Under the pieces are notes generated by a model. The model saw only the letters and a list, made by a program, of their open reading frames with translations. It did no database searches and was not told where the DNA came from. From positions 1 through 39,992 of IMG/VR virus record IMGVR_UViG_3300031939_000014: a stretch of DNA of 39,992 nt, one strand, 5' to 3'. This DNA comes from a virus (taxonomy: Duplodnaviria; Caudoviricetes). The translations under genes were made by a program, and so were the position numbers. This document shows positions 1-8,045 of the stretch, piece after piece; position 1 is the first letter of the stretch, and every line of letters starts with the position of its first letter.

Positions 1-50
1 GTCGCAGCCCTCATTCGCCTCAACTTTTACCCCGCCCCCACCCCTTATCA
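1..50 (-). other. possible cos-proximal (packaging) sequence at the window edge
   Basis: The minus strand reads GGGGTGGGGGCGGGGTAAAAGTTGAGGCGAATGAGGGCTGCGAC. This resembles the G-run + AAAAGT + GAC context that precedes cos sites in HK97-like phages, and it lies downstream of the packaging-type HNH gene. Inference only. Confidence 0.35.
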
Positions 51-322
51 ACCGCTAGCGACTGGTGAAGCGCGCCCTGCAACAGTCGCGGGGCCGTGCG
101 CACGCCGCAGCGGCGTAGGCAGGGGCCAGGCTGAGGCCTGCGATACGCCACCGGGTTGTTTGACGGCCGCACATGCCTTGGGTAGCCCATGCGGGCCGGG
201 CTGCGGGGGCCTCAGGGGTTAGCCTCGCCGGGTGCGTGGGGCACCTGGCAGCACTGCCCCTGAGGGGTCATCGGGGCATAGCCGCGGCCCGGCACCCTCA
301 CGCTATCGTCACAAGATAGGCG

Positions 323-352
323 TTGCGCGCCTAGGCGTTTGGCGCCTATAAA
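323..352 (+). promoter_or_regulatory. putative sigma70 promoter
   Basis: TTGCGC-18 nt-TATAAA upstream of the ORF at 399. Confidence 0.4.
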
Positions 353-398
353 GGGTCATCGGCAAGGGCAATGAGGCCCGGCCGCCAGGAACCACACC

Positions 399-593
399 AT
401 GCCCCGCTTCACCAACCGTTGGATTGTCGTTACCGAAACCAACACGATCGCCAAGGGCTGCACGTTCAAGTATCGCACCTATGCCAGCAAGCGCGACGCG
501 ATCGCCGCCACCCACAAGCCCGAGGCCCCTTACAGCAACAAGCGCCGGTACGTGGTGGACCGTGACAACATGGGGCACGTGATCCTGCCATGA
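399..593 (+). CDS. hypothetical protein (64 aa)
   Basis: AGGA RBS; ATGA overlap with the next ORF; plausible composition. Confidence 0.7.
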   Translation: MPRFTNRWIVVTETNTIAKGCTFKYRTYASKRDAIAATHKPEAPYSNKRRYVVDRDNMGHVILP

Positions 594-811
594 GCGCCGA
601 AGCCTTCCGCTCTGCACTGGCCGCCTTGGGGATGACCCAGGCGGCCTTTGCCCGTCTGCTCACCCAACACGGCCACCCTGCCAGGGACGTAGCCCGCAGC
701 GTGCGCCGATGGGCTGAGATCGGCCCGCCGGGTGAGGTGGTGGTCATCCTGTCCATGCTGCAGGCAGCCGCCGCAGAGCCTTGGCCGCCTGGCCGTAGCG
801 CCACGCCCTAG
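590..811 (+). CDS. small XRE-like HTH DNA-binding protein
   Basis: FRSALAALGMTQAAFARLL...RSVRRW HTH pattern; translationally coupled to the previous ORF. Confidence 0.65.
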   Translation: MSAEAFRSALAALGMTQAAFARLLTQHGHPARDVARSVRRWAEIGPPGEVVVILSMLQAAAAEPWPPGRSATP

Positions 812-921
812 CGCCTGGCATGCCTCGCCGCTGCGCCAGGATGGCCGCACACGGCGCCTGCGCCTCGGGCTAGGGCATCGGGAGGGTCGGCAGGTGGCAG
901 GCCTGTAGCCTCGTCCTGGCG

Positions 922-1116
922 CTAGTCACCTGCCCGCATCGGCGCCCGAGCACCTGCGCAGGCCTGGCAGTAGTCAGGATCGGAAACGGGGTGCCCTGCC
1001 ACTAGCCGGCCGCAGCCTCGGCAGGCCAGCACAACGGCCCCCGAGTCCAGGCGCACCCACTCGCGCCGTGCATGGTCATAGGTCAGGCGCAGGCCCTCGG
1101 CTCTCGTGTCGCTCAT
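922..1116 (-). CDS. small zinc-finger hypothetical protein
   Basis: CRGC...CQAC pairs; GAGG RBS. Confidence 0.6.
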   Translation of the reverse strand: MSDTRAEGLRLTYDHARREWVRLDSGAVVLACRGCGRLVAGHPVSDPDYCQACAGARAPMRAGD

Positions 1117-1120
1117 GGCC

Positions 1121-1228
1121 TCACCTCATCGCCCACCACGCCAGCCACGCCAACCCCATGGCCTCGGCAGCAAGCGCCACGATGGCCAGCACCACGAACG
1201 CCAGGCCTGCCAGGCTGCGCAGGGGCAC
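1121..1228 (-). CDS. 35-aa hydrophobic peptide (MPLRSLAGLAFVVLAIVALAAEAMGLAWLAWWAMR)
   Basis: Translated by hand (below the ORF-track cutoff); GTG start; fills the gap between neighbouring minus-strand ORFs. Confidence 0.5.
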   Translation of the reverse strand: MPLRSLAGLAFVVLAIVALAAEAMGLAWLAWWAMR

Positions 1229-1231
1229 GGG

Positions 1232-1333
1232 CTAGGTGAGCACTAGGGCCGCAAAGAGCGCACCGAACCCGAGGCCAAGCAGGGCAGCACCCGCCATCCC
1301 GAGCAGCGCACGTGCCCACCCCGGATCATCCAT
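1232..1333 (-). CDS. 33-aa hydrophobic peptide (MDDPGWARALLGMAGAALLGLGFGALFAALVLT)
   Basis: Translated by hand; GAGG upstream; one predicted TM segment. Confidence 0.5.
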   Translation of the reverse strand: MDDPGWARALLGMAGAALLGLGFGALFAALVLT

Positions 1334-1536
1334 GGCCTGCCTCACGATGGGCCGCGCGCCTCGGCTGCTGAGTTTCCCGACACAGCAGCCGAGGGCCGGC
1401 TATCCCGTCGCTCTCGCATTCGACGGGGAGGGGTGGGCACTGCCTCAGGATGCACACGGCCGGGCAGGCGCAGTGCGCAGAGGGCTGAGGCAGGCCCGCA
1501 ACCCGCTAGGGGGAGGTGTCTAGCGGGGCAGGGGGT

Positions 1537-1719
1537 TCATTGCCGCGGTTCGGGTTCGTCGGCTGCGGCGCGCGCTTCCTGCACCGCTAGCTGCCAGGCA
1601 TCCTCGGCATCCTCAGCCGAGGTGAGCACCGAAGCGCCGCCGCGCAGTTCGGCCTCGCACTCCGCACCGCGCAGGAAGGCCAGTCGGAAAAGTTCGGCCA
1701 GGGGTTCAAGGTGGGGCAT
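1537..1719 (-). CDS. hypothetical protein (60 aa, MPHLEPLAELFRLAF...)
   Basis: Internal ATG of the 1537-1854 ORF; overlaps the end of the upstream gene. Confidence 0.55.
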   Translation of the reverse strand: MPHLEPLAELFRLAFLRGAECEAELRGGASVLTSAEDAEDAWQLAVQEARAAADEPEPRQ

Positions 1720-1990
1720 CGTTCCCGCCCATGCGCCGCAGGCCGATGCGCGCCAACTCGGCATCGCTGAGCGCCTGCAGGGTGAGGCCGTGTTCAAGCA
1801 CCACCACGCGCGACGGGGACACGTCCCAATGCTCTGCCAGCCGCGAAAGGGCATAGCCTAGCGCCTGCCGTGCCTCGCCAGTGGTGCTGCCGGCCAGGTG
1901 AACGCACAACACGCCATCATGCGGGATGCGCAGCACCTCGCCGCGCATGTTGCCGAGGCCCAAAATCTCGGCCGCTGAGAGGGTCATCAC
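1706..1990 (-). CDS. hypothetical protein (94 aa)
   Basis: GTGA overlap with the HNH stop; ordinary globular composition. Confidence 0.65.
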   Translation of the reverse strand: MMTLSAAEILGLGNMRGEVLRIPHDGVLCVHLAGSTTGEARQALGYALSRLAEHWDVSPSRVVVLEHGLTLQALSDAELARIGLRRMGGNDAPP

Positions 1991-2271
1991 CTGCGGCCCT
2001 TTTCGGGGTGCATCTTCGCATGGCAGGCCGCATGCACGGCTGCCAGGTTGCTAGGGTGGTCGGTGCCGCCGTTGCGCCGCTCTAGCAGGTGGTGCGCAAC
2101 CGTGGCGCCAAGCTTGCCGCAGTAGCGGCATTGCCCGCCGTCCCGTGCAATCACCGCCGCCGCCAACTTCCGCCAGGCCGCGGTGCCGTAGAACGCGACG
2201 CGCGCCTCAGGCCGCTTGCGTGGCGCCGGCTTGTAGCCTGCCGGGTGGTGCTGCGGGGGCCGCGTCGGAAT
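1987..2271 (-). CDS. HNH endonuclease, packaging-associated type (HK97 gp74-like)
   Basis: FYGTAAWRKL...RDGGQCRYCG...VAHHLLERRNGGTDHPSNLAAVHAACHAKMH; start proposed at ATT 2271. Confidence 0.85.
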   Translation of the reverse strand: MPTRPPQHHPAGYKPAPRKRPEARVAFYGTAAWRKLAAAVIARDGGQCRYCGKLGATVAHHLLERRNGGTDHPSNLAAVHAACHAKMHPEKGRR

Positions 2272-2275
2272 GGCA

Positions 2276-2350
2276 TCACCTCGCGCGCCAGAGCGCCAGG
2301 AGCAGCAGCACGGCAGCCAAAAGCCCGATGATCTGCAGCGCATCCATCAT
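2276..2350 (-). CDS. 24-aa membrane peptide (MMDALQIIGLLAAVLLLLALWRAR)
   Basis: ATGA overlap with the upstream gene's stop; single hydrophobic helix followed by basic residues. Confidence 0.5.
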   Translation of the reverse strand: MMDALQIIGLLAAVLLLLALWRAR

Positions 2351-2577
2351 GCCGAGGCCTCGCGCTGCGCCCGAGCGCCTGCGATGTACCAATGCGCCGC
2401 CGTGTCATCGCTCAGCAGCGCGGTTGCCAGGTTGATGGGGACGGGCAGCCATCGCCGCACCCACGCGCCACCGTACTGCCGTTCATCCCAGGCGATGCGC
2501 CAGCCGCGGTTTACCTCATCACGCCAAAGCACGATGCGGGCAACCTCTAGGTCGGGTGGCACCGCCTTGCCGATCAT
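2347..2577 (-). CDS. hypothetical Trp-rich protein (76 aa)
   Basis: ATGA overlap with the nusG-like gene. Confidence 0.65.
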   Translation of the reverse strand: MIGKAVPPDLEVARIVLWRDEVNRGWRIAWDERQYGGAWVRRWLPVPINLATALLSDDTAAHWYIAGARAQREASA

Positions 2578-3185
2578 GCCCGCGCCACCTGCTCACGCGG
2601 CAGCGTGGTGGGCACCTGCCGGCCCATGACGCTCAGCAGCACGGCGCAGCGGGTGCCATCGTCCCATAAGCAAATCCCCCGCCGATCGCAGAACGGGCCG
2701 GCGCCAATGGCCACGGTTGCCCCTGCCGCGATGAGTTCCGGCCCGAGGTCGCGGGCAATGGGTCGGTCCCATCCCTCAGCCTGCCAGCGTTCCACCATGC
2801 CGGCCGGCAGCGCCGTGGGCCGCTCAGGCGTGGTGCCATGGATGCGCACGCACTGCGCGGCATAGGCCCGGCGCCAGGCCTCGGCGCCAACGTCAAACCG
2901 GATGAACAGGTAGCGCGGGAATAGCGGCCTCTGCACCACCTCGATTTTCCGCGCGTGCCGCACCTCGCGGATGCACAGCGGGAGGAACGTGGCAAACCCG
3001 AGATGCTGCAGGCGATGGTGCGCGAGGCTTTCGCGGCCGGGGCCGGTTTCGGCGCAATACCAGCGCAGCCCCGAATAGCTCCCGCAGGACAGGGTGAAAT
3101 CATCACCCGCCCTGCCCGCAACCGTTGGCGCCTGCATTGCTGCAAGGTCAAAGGTTTTTACACTTGTGGCGATGCCCGCGATCAC
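2574..3185 (-). CDS. NusG/RfaH-family transcription antitermination factor
   Basis: NGN-domain motifs RWYCAETGPGRE, PLFPRYLFIRF; KOW-like VAIGAGPF...VLLSVMGRQ; start uncertain (GTG 3185 or a later ATG). Confidence 0.85.
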   Translation of the reverse strand: MIAGIATSVKTFDLAAMQAPTVAGRAGDDFTLSCGSYSGLRWYCAETGPGRESLAHHRLQHLGFATFLPLCIREVRHARKIEVVQRPLFPRYLFIRFDVGAEAWRRAYAAQCVRIHGTTPERPTALPAGMVERWQAEGWDRPIARDLGPELIAAGATVAIGAGPFCDRRGICLWDDGTRCAVLLSVMGRQVPTTLPREQVARA

Positions 3186-3340
3186 TCCGCATCCCCCATC
3201 GGTTCCACCGGATAGCCGGGCGAGTCCGGTTGCCGATCGTCGGGCGGGGGTGGCCGCGGGTGCGCCTCGGGCTGCGCCGGCCCGGCAATCTGCGCCGCGG
3301 GAATCGGAGTGAACATCGACCGGTGGAGTGCCGCGGCCAC
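3182..3340 (-). CDS. small Pro-rich hypothetical protein
   Basis: Its stop overlaps the GTG of the nusG-like gene; start uncertain. Confidence 0.3.
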   Translation of the reverse strand: MAAALHRSMFTPIPAAQIAGPAQPEAHPRPPPPDDRQPDSPGYPVEPMGDAE

Positions 3341-3372
3341 CCGCTTGCCGCACTCACCCCGCGGCCGGCGCC

Positions 3373-3627
3373 TCACTGCTGCCGCCCCGAGGCCGGGGGC
3401 ACGCGCACGATTTCGGCCGCCTGGCCGTTGGCGTTGAAGCACGCGGCAAGATACTCCATGGCCGCGTCCGCCATCGAAAACAGGCACTCGCGCAAATCGT
3501 CGGGCAGGTCCGGCAGGTTCTCCCGCGTGATCGGCGCATCTGGCGAGTGCGGGAACATCGCGTTGCCCAGCACCACGGCAAGCGCATCCTGGCTGAACAC
3601 GGAAGTACGCACCTCGGGGTTCGTCAT
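3373..3627 (-). CDS. hypothetical protein (84 aa, MTNPEVRTSVF...)
   Basis: GGAG RBS; ATGA overlap with the upstream gene. Confidence 0.7.
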   Translation of the reverse strand: MTNPEVRTSVFSQDALAVVLGNAMFPHSPDAPITRENLPDLPDDLRECLFSMADAAMEYLAACFNANGQAAEIVRVPPASGRQQ

Positions 3628-4616
3628 GCTGCGCGCTCCTGCTCTTTGTCCGGCCGGGCAAGGTAGAGTTGCACCCAAAGGGCCTGCACTTCCTGCCGCG
3701 ATGGCCATGCCGGTTGGGACTCCACCGAATGCGGCAAGCCGGGTGGTGGGGTGCTGAGCCATGCCGCCGCCGCGTCGGCGCCAAGCCAAAACCACGCAGC
3801 GGCCCGAAGATTGTTGCGCCACATTGAGCCGCGGCGATCCGCAACCATCCATTGGGGTTCGCTGCGGTCCTCAAGCATTAGCCCGTAGGTCGCCAGCCAT
3901 TGCGCATTCGTTGCGTGCCACGCATGCCGGGCCTCGCGCTCTGCCCGAACCCGCCGCGCCTCATCGGCTAGCCGGGCCTGCTCGCGCGCTTCCTCGGCAC
4001 GCTTCCTGGCGATGTATGCCGCCATGCTCGCGCGCTCTGCCTCAGCCCTGGCGTTGTGCAGCCAACGCCGCGGCGCATCGCGCAGCACAAGCTTGCCGGC
4101 GCCTGGCCCGAGGTCATCCCACCGCAGCCGGCTGAGGTCGAGTTCCACCGCATCAACGCCCGCTGCCCGGAACGCCTCGATTTTCTCGGGCGTGCAGGGG
4201 TGGGTGACGGTGATTTCCACCGCCAGCCGGTAGCCGCCCGCCCAAAGCATCACATCGCAGCGGTAGGGGCCTAGCGCCGCCTCAATCTCGCTGCGCTCAG
4301 CCTCAAACGCCTGCGGCTTGGCCAGCGGCTTGCGCCAGTGCTCCACCTCGGCCACCACCTCGGGCAAGTGCAGGCCGCAGTTATCGGCCACGAGTTGCTT
4401 GCCGAGGCGATGCAGCGTGGACTCTAGCGCGCCGCCGCCGCAGCCGGCCTCTGCCAGGTGGGCGAAGTGGTGCCGGATGATGCCGCCCTTTTTTGCCACG
4501 AGGCCGCCGCCGCAGCCGGGGCAAACCACGTCGCAGGCCTTGCCGCTCGGCACGGTGGCCACGCGCACAAGCCTGCCGTCGGGTGCGAGGCCCCATGGCA
4601 ACGCTAGCTCAGTCAT
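3624..4616 (-). CDS. CoiA-like zinc-ribbon + PD-(D/E)xK nuclease-domain protein
   Basis: CPGCGGGLVAKKG...HHFAH...ESTLH N-terminus; RCDV...LAVEITVTH nuclease motif. Confidence 0.75.
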   Translation of the reverse strand: MTELALPWGLAPDGRLVRVATVPSGKACDVVCPGCGGGLVAKKGGIIRHHFAHLAEAGCGGGALESTLHRLGKQLVADNCGLHLPEVVAEVEHWRKPLAKPQAFEAERSEIEAALGPYRCDVMLWAGGYRLAVEITVTHPCTPEKIEAFRAAGVDAVELDLSRLRWDDLGPGAGKLVLRDAPRRWLHNARAEAERASMAAYIARKRAEEAREQARLADEARRVRAEREARHAWHATNAQWLATYGLMLEDRSEPQWMVADRRGSMWRNNLRAAAWFWLGADAAAAWLSTPPPGLPHSVESQPAWPSRQEVQALWVQLYLARPDKEQERAA

Positions 4617-5296
4617 GCCGGCGCCTCCTGCGCGAGTCGCTGCCGCAGGGCTGCGATGCGCGCCGCGGCATTGGGTGGGGGATCGTTGCTCGCCGCCTCA
4701 ACTTCCAGCCGGCGCAGTTGCTCGGCCAGGCGTGGCGCCGGTCGCTCGGGTGGCGGTGGTGGCGGGGGTGGCGCCGCGCCGCTCGGGCCAGCATGCAGGG
4801 GAGGCGCGCGCCAAGCGTTGCCCACCGCCGCCGCGAGTGCCGCCGCAGCCTTCGCCTTGTCCCGCGCCACCTCAGCCGCGCGCGCTTCCTCGGCTCGCAG
4901 CGCATCGGGGAAGTGCGTCGCCATCACCTCCCGCACCACCTCGGGGCTGTCATAGGTCCGAACCAAGCTGAGCAGGTGCGCCGGGTCGCCACCCTCGCGC
5001 AGCCGCCGGGTGACGAACTCCATGCCGAACCGTGGCCGCTCAGTCGGGATGGCCGGGGCCGCCTGCTGCGCCTCGGCAGGCATGGCGAACCGCAGCGCGC
5101 CCGCAATCGCATCATAGCCGGGCAGCGTGTCCGGCAGTGCCCTGGCCACCTTGCGCGCCGTGTCCGTGGTGAACGCCCGTGCCGGGAACTCGGCATCGAA
5201 GCGCGGGCCGAACGCCGCAAGCCGGGCAAGCTTGGGGCCGTGTAGCGGTTCGGGGGTGTACGCCCCCACAAGCCGCAGCCATGCCGTTGCGTCCAT
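4613..5296 (-). CDS. hypothetical protein following the replication initiator (possible helicase-loader position)
   Basis: ATG 2 nt after the initiator's stop; position equivalent to lambda P; no recognised motif. Confidence 0.6.
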   Translation of the reverse strand: MDATAWLRLVGAYTPEPLHGPKLARLAAFGPRFDAEFPARAFTTDTARKVARALPDTLPGYDAIAGALRFAMPAEAQQAAPAIPTERPRFGMEFVTRRLREGGDPAHLLSLVRTYDSPEVVREVMATHFPDALRAEEARAAEVARDKAKAAAALAAAVGNAWRAPPLHAGPSGAAPPPPPPPPERPAPRLAEQLRRLEVEAASNDPPPNAAARIAALRQRLAQEAPA

Positions 5297-5298
5297 GG

Positions 5299-6084
5299 CT
5301 AGTGCTCGGTCACGGGCTGAGCGCGAGCCGCGAGCACGGCCGCGTATTGCTCGTTGATGCGCCGGAAGTGTTCGTCGCAGTCCAACCAGCGCCGGCCGCG
5401 CAGCCATGCCGAGGCCGGGCCGGCAAACCGCCCGCCCTCCCGTGGGTCTAGCAGGCCATCAACCAGCGCGATCTCTAGCCCGTCAATGATGTCCTGAGGG
5501 GCCGCCCCCTGCCGCACCGCCCGGCGCCAGGCTCGCTCGGCATCGTGCCGGCTGCTGAGGTTCGGATACTTCTTCCAAAATGACTCGAAGCCTTCCGGCC
5601 CCTCCCCCCTCGGGGGGTTAGGGGGGAGAGTCTTTGGGTTAGAGTCTTGGTTATAGGGTTTGGGTGCGAAATCTGCGGGGGTTTGTGCAGATTCTGCGGG
5701 GGTACTTGCAGATTCTGCGGGGTGCGAAATCTGCGGGGGTGCAGCCGCGGGGGGCTTCGCTGCGGGGTGATGGTGCCCGTTCACGCCCTCGGGCTGCGCG
5801 GCCTCGGCAGCGGCCGGCAGGTTGAGAACCCACGTTGTAACTTTGCCCGTGGCGCTCTCGGGGGTGATGGTGCCCCCGGCCTCTAGCCCCCTGAGGGCCG
5901 CTTGCGCGGTGCGCACGCTCATTGATCCGCGCGCCGCAATGCTGGCCACGCTGCGCCAGGCCCGCAGCCCATCGCGGGAGGTGTCGGCTAGGACAACGAG
6001 AGCCGATTTTTCCGCAAGCTTGATCCGCCCGCCCTTGGGGTGATGCGTCATGGCGAATGCGCGGTTGAGGGCTGCGTTGCTCAT
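5299..6084 (-). CDS. phage replication initiator (N-terminal HTH, lambda O-like organisation)
   Basis: LVVLAD...AWRSVASIAARGSMSVRTAQAALRGLEAGG winged-HTH pattern; FESFWKKYP...PASAWLRGRRWLD C-terminal domain; internal iterons. Confidence 0.8.
   Translation of the reverse strand: MSNAALNRAFAMTHHPKGGRIKLAEKSALVVLADTSRDGLRAWRSVASIAARGSMSVRTAQAALRGLEAGGTITPESATGKVTTWVLNLPAAAEAAQPEGVNGHHHPAAKPPAAAPPQISHPAESASTPAESAQTPADFAPKPYNQDSNPKTLPPNPPRGEGPEGFESFWKKYPNLSSRHDAERAWRRAVRQGAAPQDIIDGLEIALVDGLLDPREGGRFAGPASAWLRGRRWLDCDEHFRRINEQYAAVLAARAQPVTEH
5627..5740. repeat. putative replication origin: four iterons plus a less GC-rich flank
   Basis: TGCGAAATCTGCGGGG x2 and TGCAGATTCTGCGGGG x2 at about 5665-5739; adjacent AGAGTCTTTGGGTT/AGAGTCTTGGTT and TATAGGGTTT. 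Confidence 0.75.
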
Positions 6085-6488
6085 GCGCCGGCCCCCTCGA
6101 TACGCGCACCCTTGGCCTGGTTGCACGGGTGGCAGAGGGTTTGCAGGTTCGATTCGTCGTTTGTGCCGCCGCGCGACCACGGGTGTACGTGGTCGATACG
6201 CAGCGCCTCATGCGATTCGCATCGCACGCATCGGTAGCGGTCGCGTTCCATCACGCGGCGCCGCACGGCCGCCGATATTGTCCTTCCCTTTTCCGGGTTT
6301 GGCGCCTTGGGCACCGGGGGGCCTAGCACCGCGTCGGCAATCGTGTGCCCGATCCATCCCCCGCGGCCGTCACCCCACCCCGCGATTGCCGCCAGGTCTG
6401 CCGCATGGTTTCGGATGAACCGATCTAGGGCCTTGAGCGCGCGCCGCTCCTGCACCGTGTCGTTGTCGCTGAAAGGAACGCCGCTCAT
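6081..6488 (-). CDS. HNH endonuclease
   Basis: ERDRYRCVRC...IDHVHPWSRGGTNDESNLQTLCHPCNQAKG. Confidence 0.9.
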   Translation of the reverse strand: MSGVPFSDNDTVQERRALKALDRFIRNHAADLAAIAGWGDGRGGWIGHTIADAVLGPPVPKAPNPEKGRTISAAVRRRVMERDRYRCVRCESHEALRIDHVHPWSRGGTNDESNLQTLCHPCNQAKGARIEGAGA

Positions 6489-6826
6489 GCCCGCACCCCC
6501 TCAGCCGAGGTGATGCGTTGCGAGTGCGCAAGAACCCGCACGCGGGGCTTGCCCGCGGTTCCGATCGTCGCCATAGTGGGAACTGTCCTAGTGAATGTGC
6601 CTTCGCCCGCCGCGGTTCGTAGCCGCGGCGGGTTTTCTATGTTCGGCCCATTTCCTGCCTCAGCGCCAGAGGCAATCGCCACCCCGGCTGAGGTTCTTTG
6701 CCCGTTCCCGGTTCGTGCCGATTCGGCTCGCTGAAAGAGACACGGCAGGCACGTGCCTTCCCAGGCCGCACCGCGCACGGGCACATGCACGAACACCTGC
6801 CCGCATGAGCATGTTTGCAGGGTCAC
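6485..6826 (-). CDS. hypothetical protein with Cys pairs
   Basis: GTGA overlap at the start; CSC...CLPC; ATGA overlap at the end. Confidence 0.5.
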   Translation of the reverse strand: MTLQTCSCGQVFVHVPVRGAAWEGTCLPCLFQRAESARTGNGQRTSAGVAIASGAEAGNGPNIENPPRLRTAAGEGTFTRTVPTMATIGTAGKPRVRVLAHSQRITSAEGVRA

Positions 6827-7164
6827 GGCGCACGGCCCGCGCCCGAGGCCTTGGCCTTCCTCAACGGCAGCGGCAGTTGCCGGGGATCGGCCCAATAGGC
6901 CACCCACTGCCCATCAACCACGCTGCCCGTGCCAGGCTGCCCGGTGGGGGCCTTGCGCCGCACCGCCCGCGGATCGCCAAGCTTGCGCGCGCAGAACACA
7001 ATCTGCGTAACGGCCGATTGGTCGATGTTGAGCGCGCGGGAAATCTCCGGGCTGCGTTCCCCCGCGGCCCAACGGTCAAGCACCTGCTCCCATGGCCGGG
7101 TGCGCTTGGGGCCGCGCCGAGCTTGGGTTGATGGCGCGCGCGCCGGTTTGGCAGAATCCCTCAT
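6823..7164 (-). CDS. HTH-containing hypothetical protein
   Basis: VLDRWAAGERSPEISRALNIDQSAVTQIV HTH-like segment; coupled to rusA. Confidence 0.6.
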   Translation of the reverse strand: MRDSAKPARAPSTQARRGPKRTRPWEQVLDRWAAGERSPEISRALNIDQSAVTQIVFCARKLGDPRAVRRKAPTGQPGTGSVVDGQWVAYWADPRQLPLPLRKAKASGAGRAP

Positions 7165-7661
7165 GCCGTCGCCTCATCTGCAATGGATTGGATGCGCAGC
7201 AGCACGTGCGGTGCCGCGCCGTAGCGTTTGGAAACGGTGGCAACCACCACCTGCGAGTCGTCGTGCCAGAGCAGGCCCTTGGCCGCGTCCGTGTAGAGCT
7301 TGGCGATGTTGTCCCAATCCGGTTTCCCGGTTGGCCGCAGCCGGCCGGTGAGCGCATCGGCCTGCTTACGCTTTGACCATGAGCGCGGAACCGGCATCAC
7401 GGCATCAACCATCACACCCACGGCGCCGCTCAGCAGCGGCCCGTGATACTGCTCGTGCATGCAGCCGCGCGCCCAAGCCTCGGCATTCTCGGTTGCGGCC
7501 GGGGTGTAGTGGTGCCCGGCGCGGGTGCTGCGCGAGCGCGCTTTGCCGAGGGGCTTGCCGGGAATGTGGATGGAATAGACCGCAGGCGCCGGCTGCCCGA
7601 GGGCATCAATCTCAGCGGCCAACGGCCTGGCGTGATCGCAGAGCACCGCGCGGGCAGTCAC
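7161..7661 (-). CDS. rusA: RusA-family Holliday junction resolvase
   Basis: GKPLGKARSR...KPDWDNIAKLYTDAAKGLLWHDDSQVV catalytic Asp motifs. Confidence 0.9.
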   Translation of the reverse strand: MTARAVLCDHARPLAAEIDALGQPAPAVYSIHIPGKPLGKARSRSTRAGHHYTPAATENAEAWARGCMHEQYHGPLLSGAVGVMVDAVMPVPRSWSKRKQADALTGRLRPTGKPDWDNIAKLYTDAAKGLLWHDDSQVVVATVSKRYGAAPHVLLRIQSIADEATA

Positions 7662-7927
7662 GCCGCCACCCGCGCGCGGTCTGCCTCCCGTATTCGCGCC
7701 AGGTCGGCAGCGTGCTGTTGCCTGGCAGGCTCATAGCCGGCTAGCAGGGCATCGGCCGTGATGTGCGGCAGGCCCATGCGCTTGGCCATGGCCACCATGA
7801 TTGGCCAGCGCCGGGCCGGGATGCAGCGCACGATGCCCCACCGCCAAACCACGTTCGGCGGGGTGCGCAGTTCGCGCGCGACGGCCAAATAGCCGCCGAG
7901 GTCGGCAATGATCTTGGCGTGATCCAT
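7658..7927 (-). CDS. Cro-like/YdaS-like HTH regulator
   Basis: IIADLGGYLAVARELRTPPNVVWRW..RCIPARRW; divergent from the CI-like gene. Confidence 0.8.
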   Translation of the reverse strand: MDHAKIIADLGGYLAVARELRTPPNVVWRWGIVRCIPARRWPIMVAMAKRMGLPHITADALLAGYEPARQQHAADLARIREADRARVAA

Positions 7928-8045
7928 GCGGCGCACGGTATCGCCGCGATGGCGAGGGGTCCAGGCCAATATGTGCGGCCTGAGGGATTGACATTCCCGC
8001 CGTTTTGGCTAGCCCCTACATCGCCGTTTCGGTAAAAGTGGGATC
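7928..8045. promoter_or_regulatory. cro/cI divergent control region with three operator-like sites
   Basis: TCGCCGCGATGGCGA (7941-7955), CCGCCGTTTTGGCTA (7997-8011), TCGCCGTTTCGGTAA (8021-8035); TTGACA at 7988. Confidence 0.7.

Noticed and set aside
6823-7164. Possible GcrA-like cell-cycle regulator
   Set aside because: Only a generic W..G....EI...L HTH resemblance; the C-terminal GcrA features are not evident.
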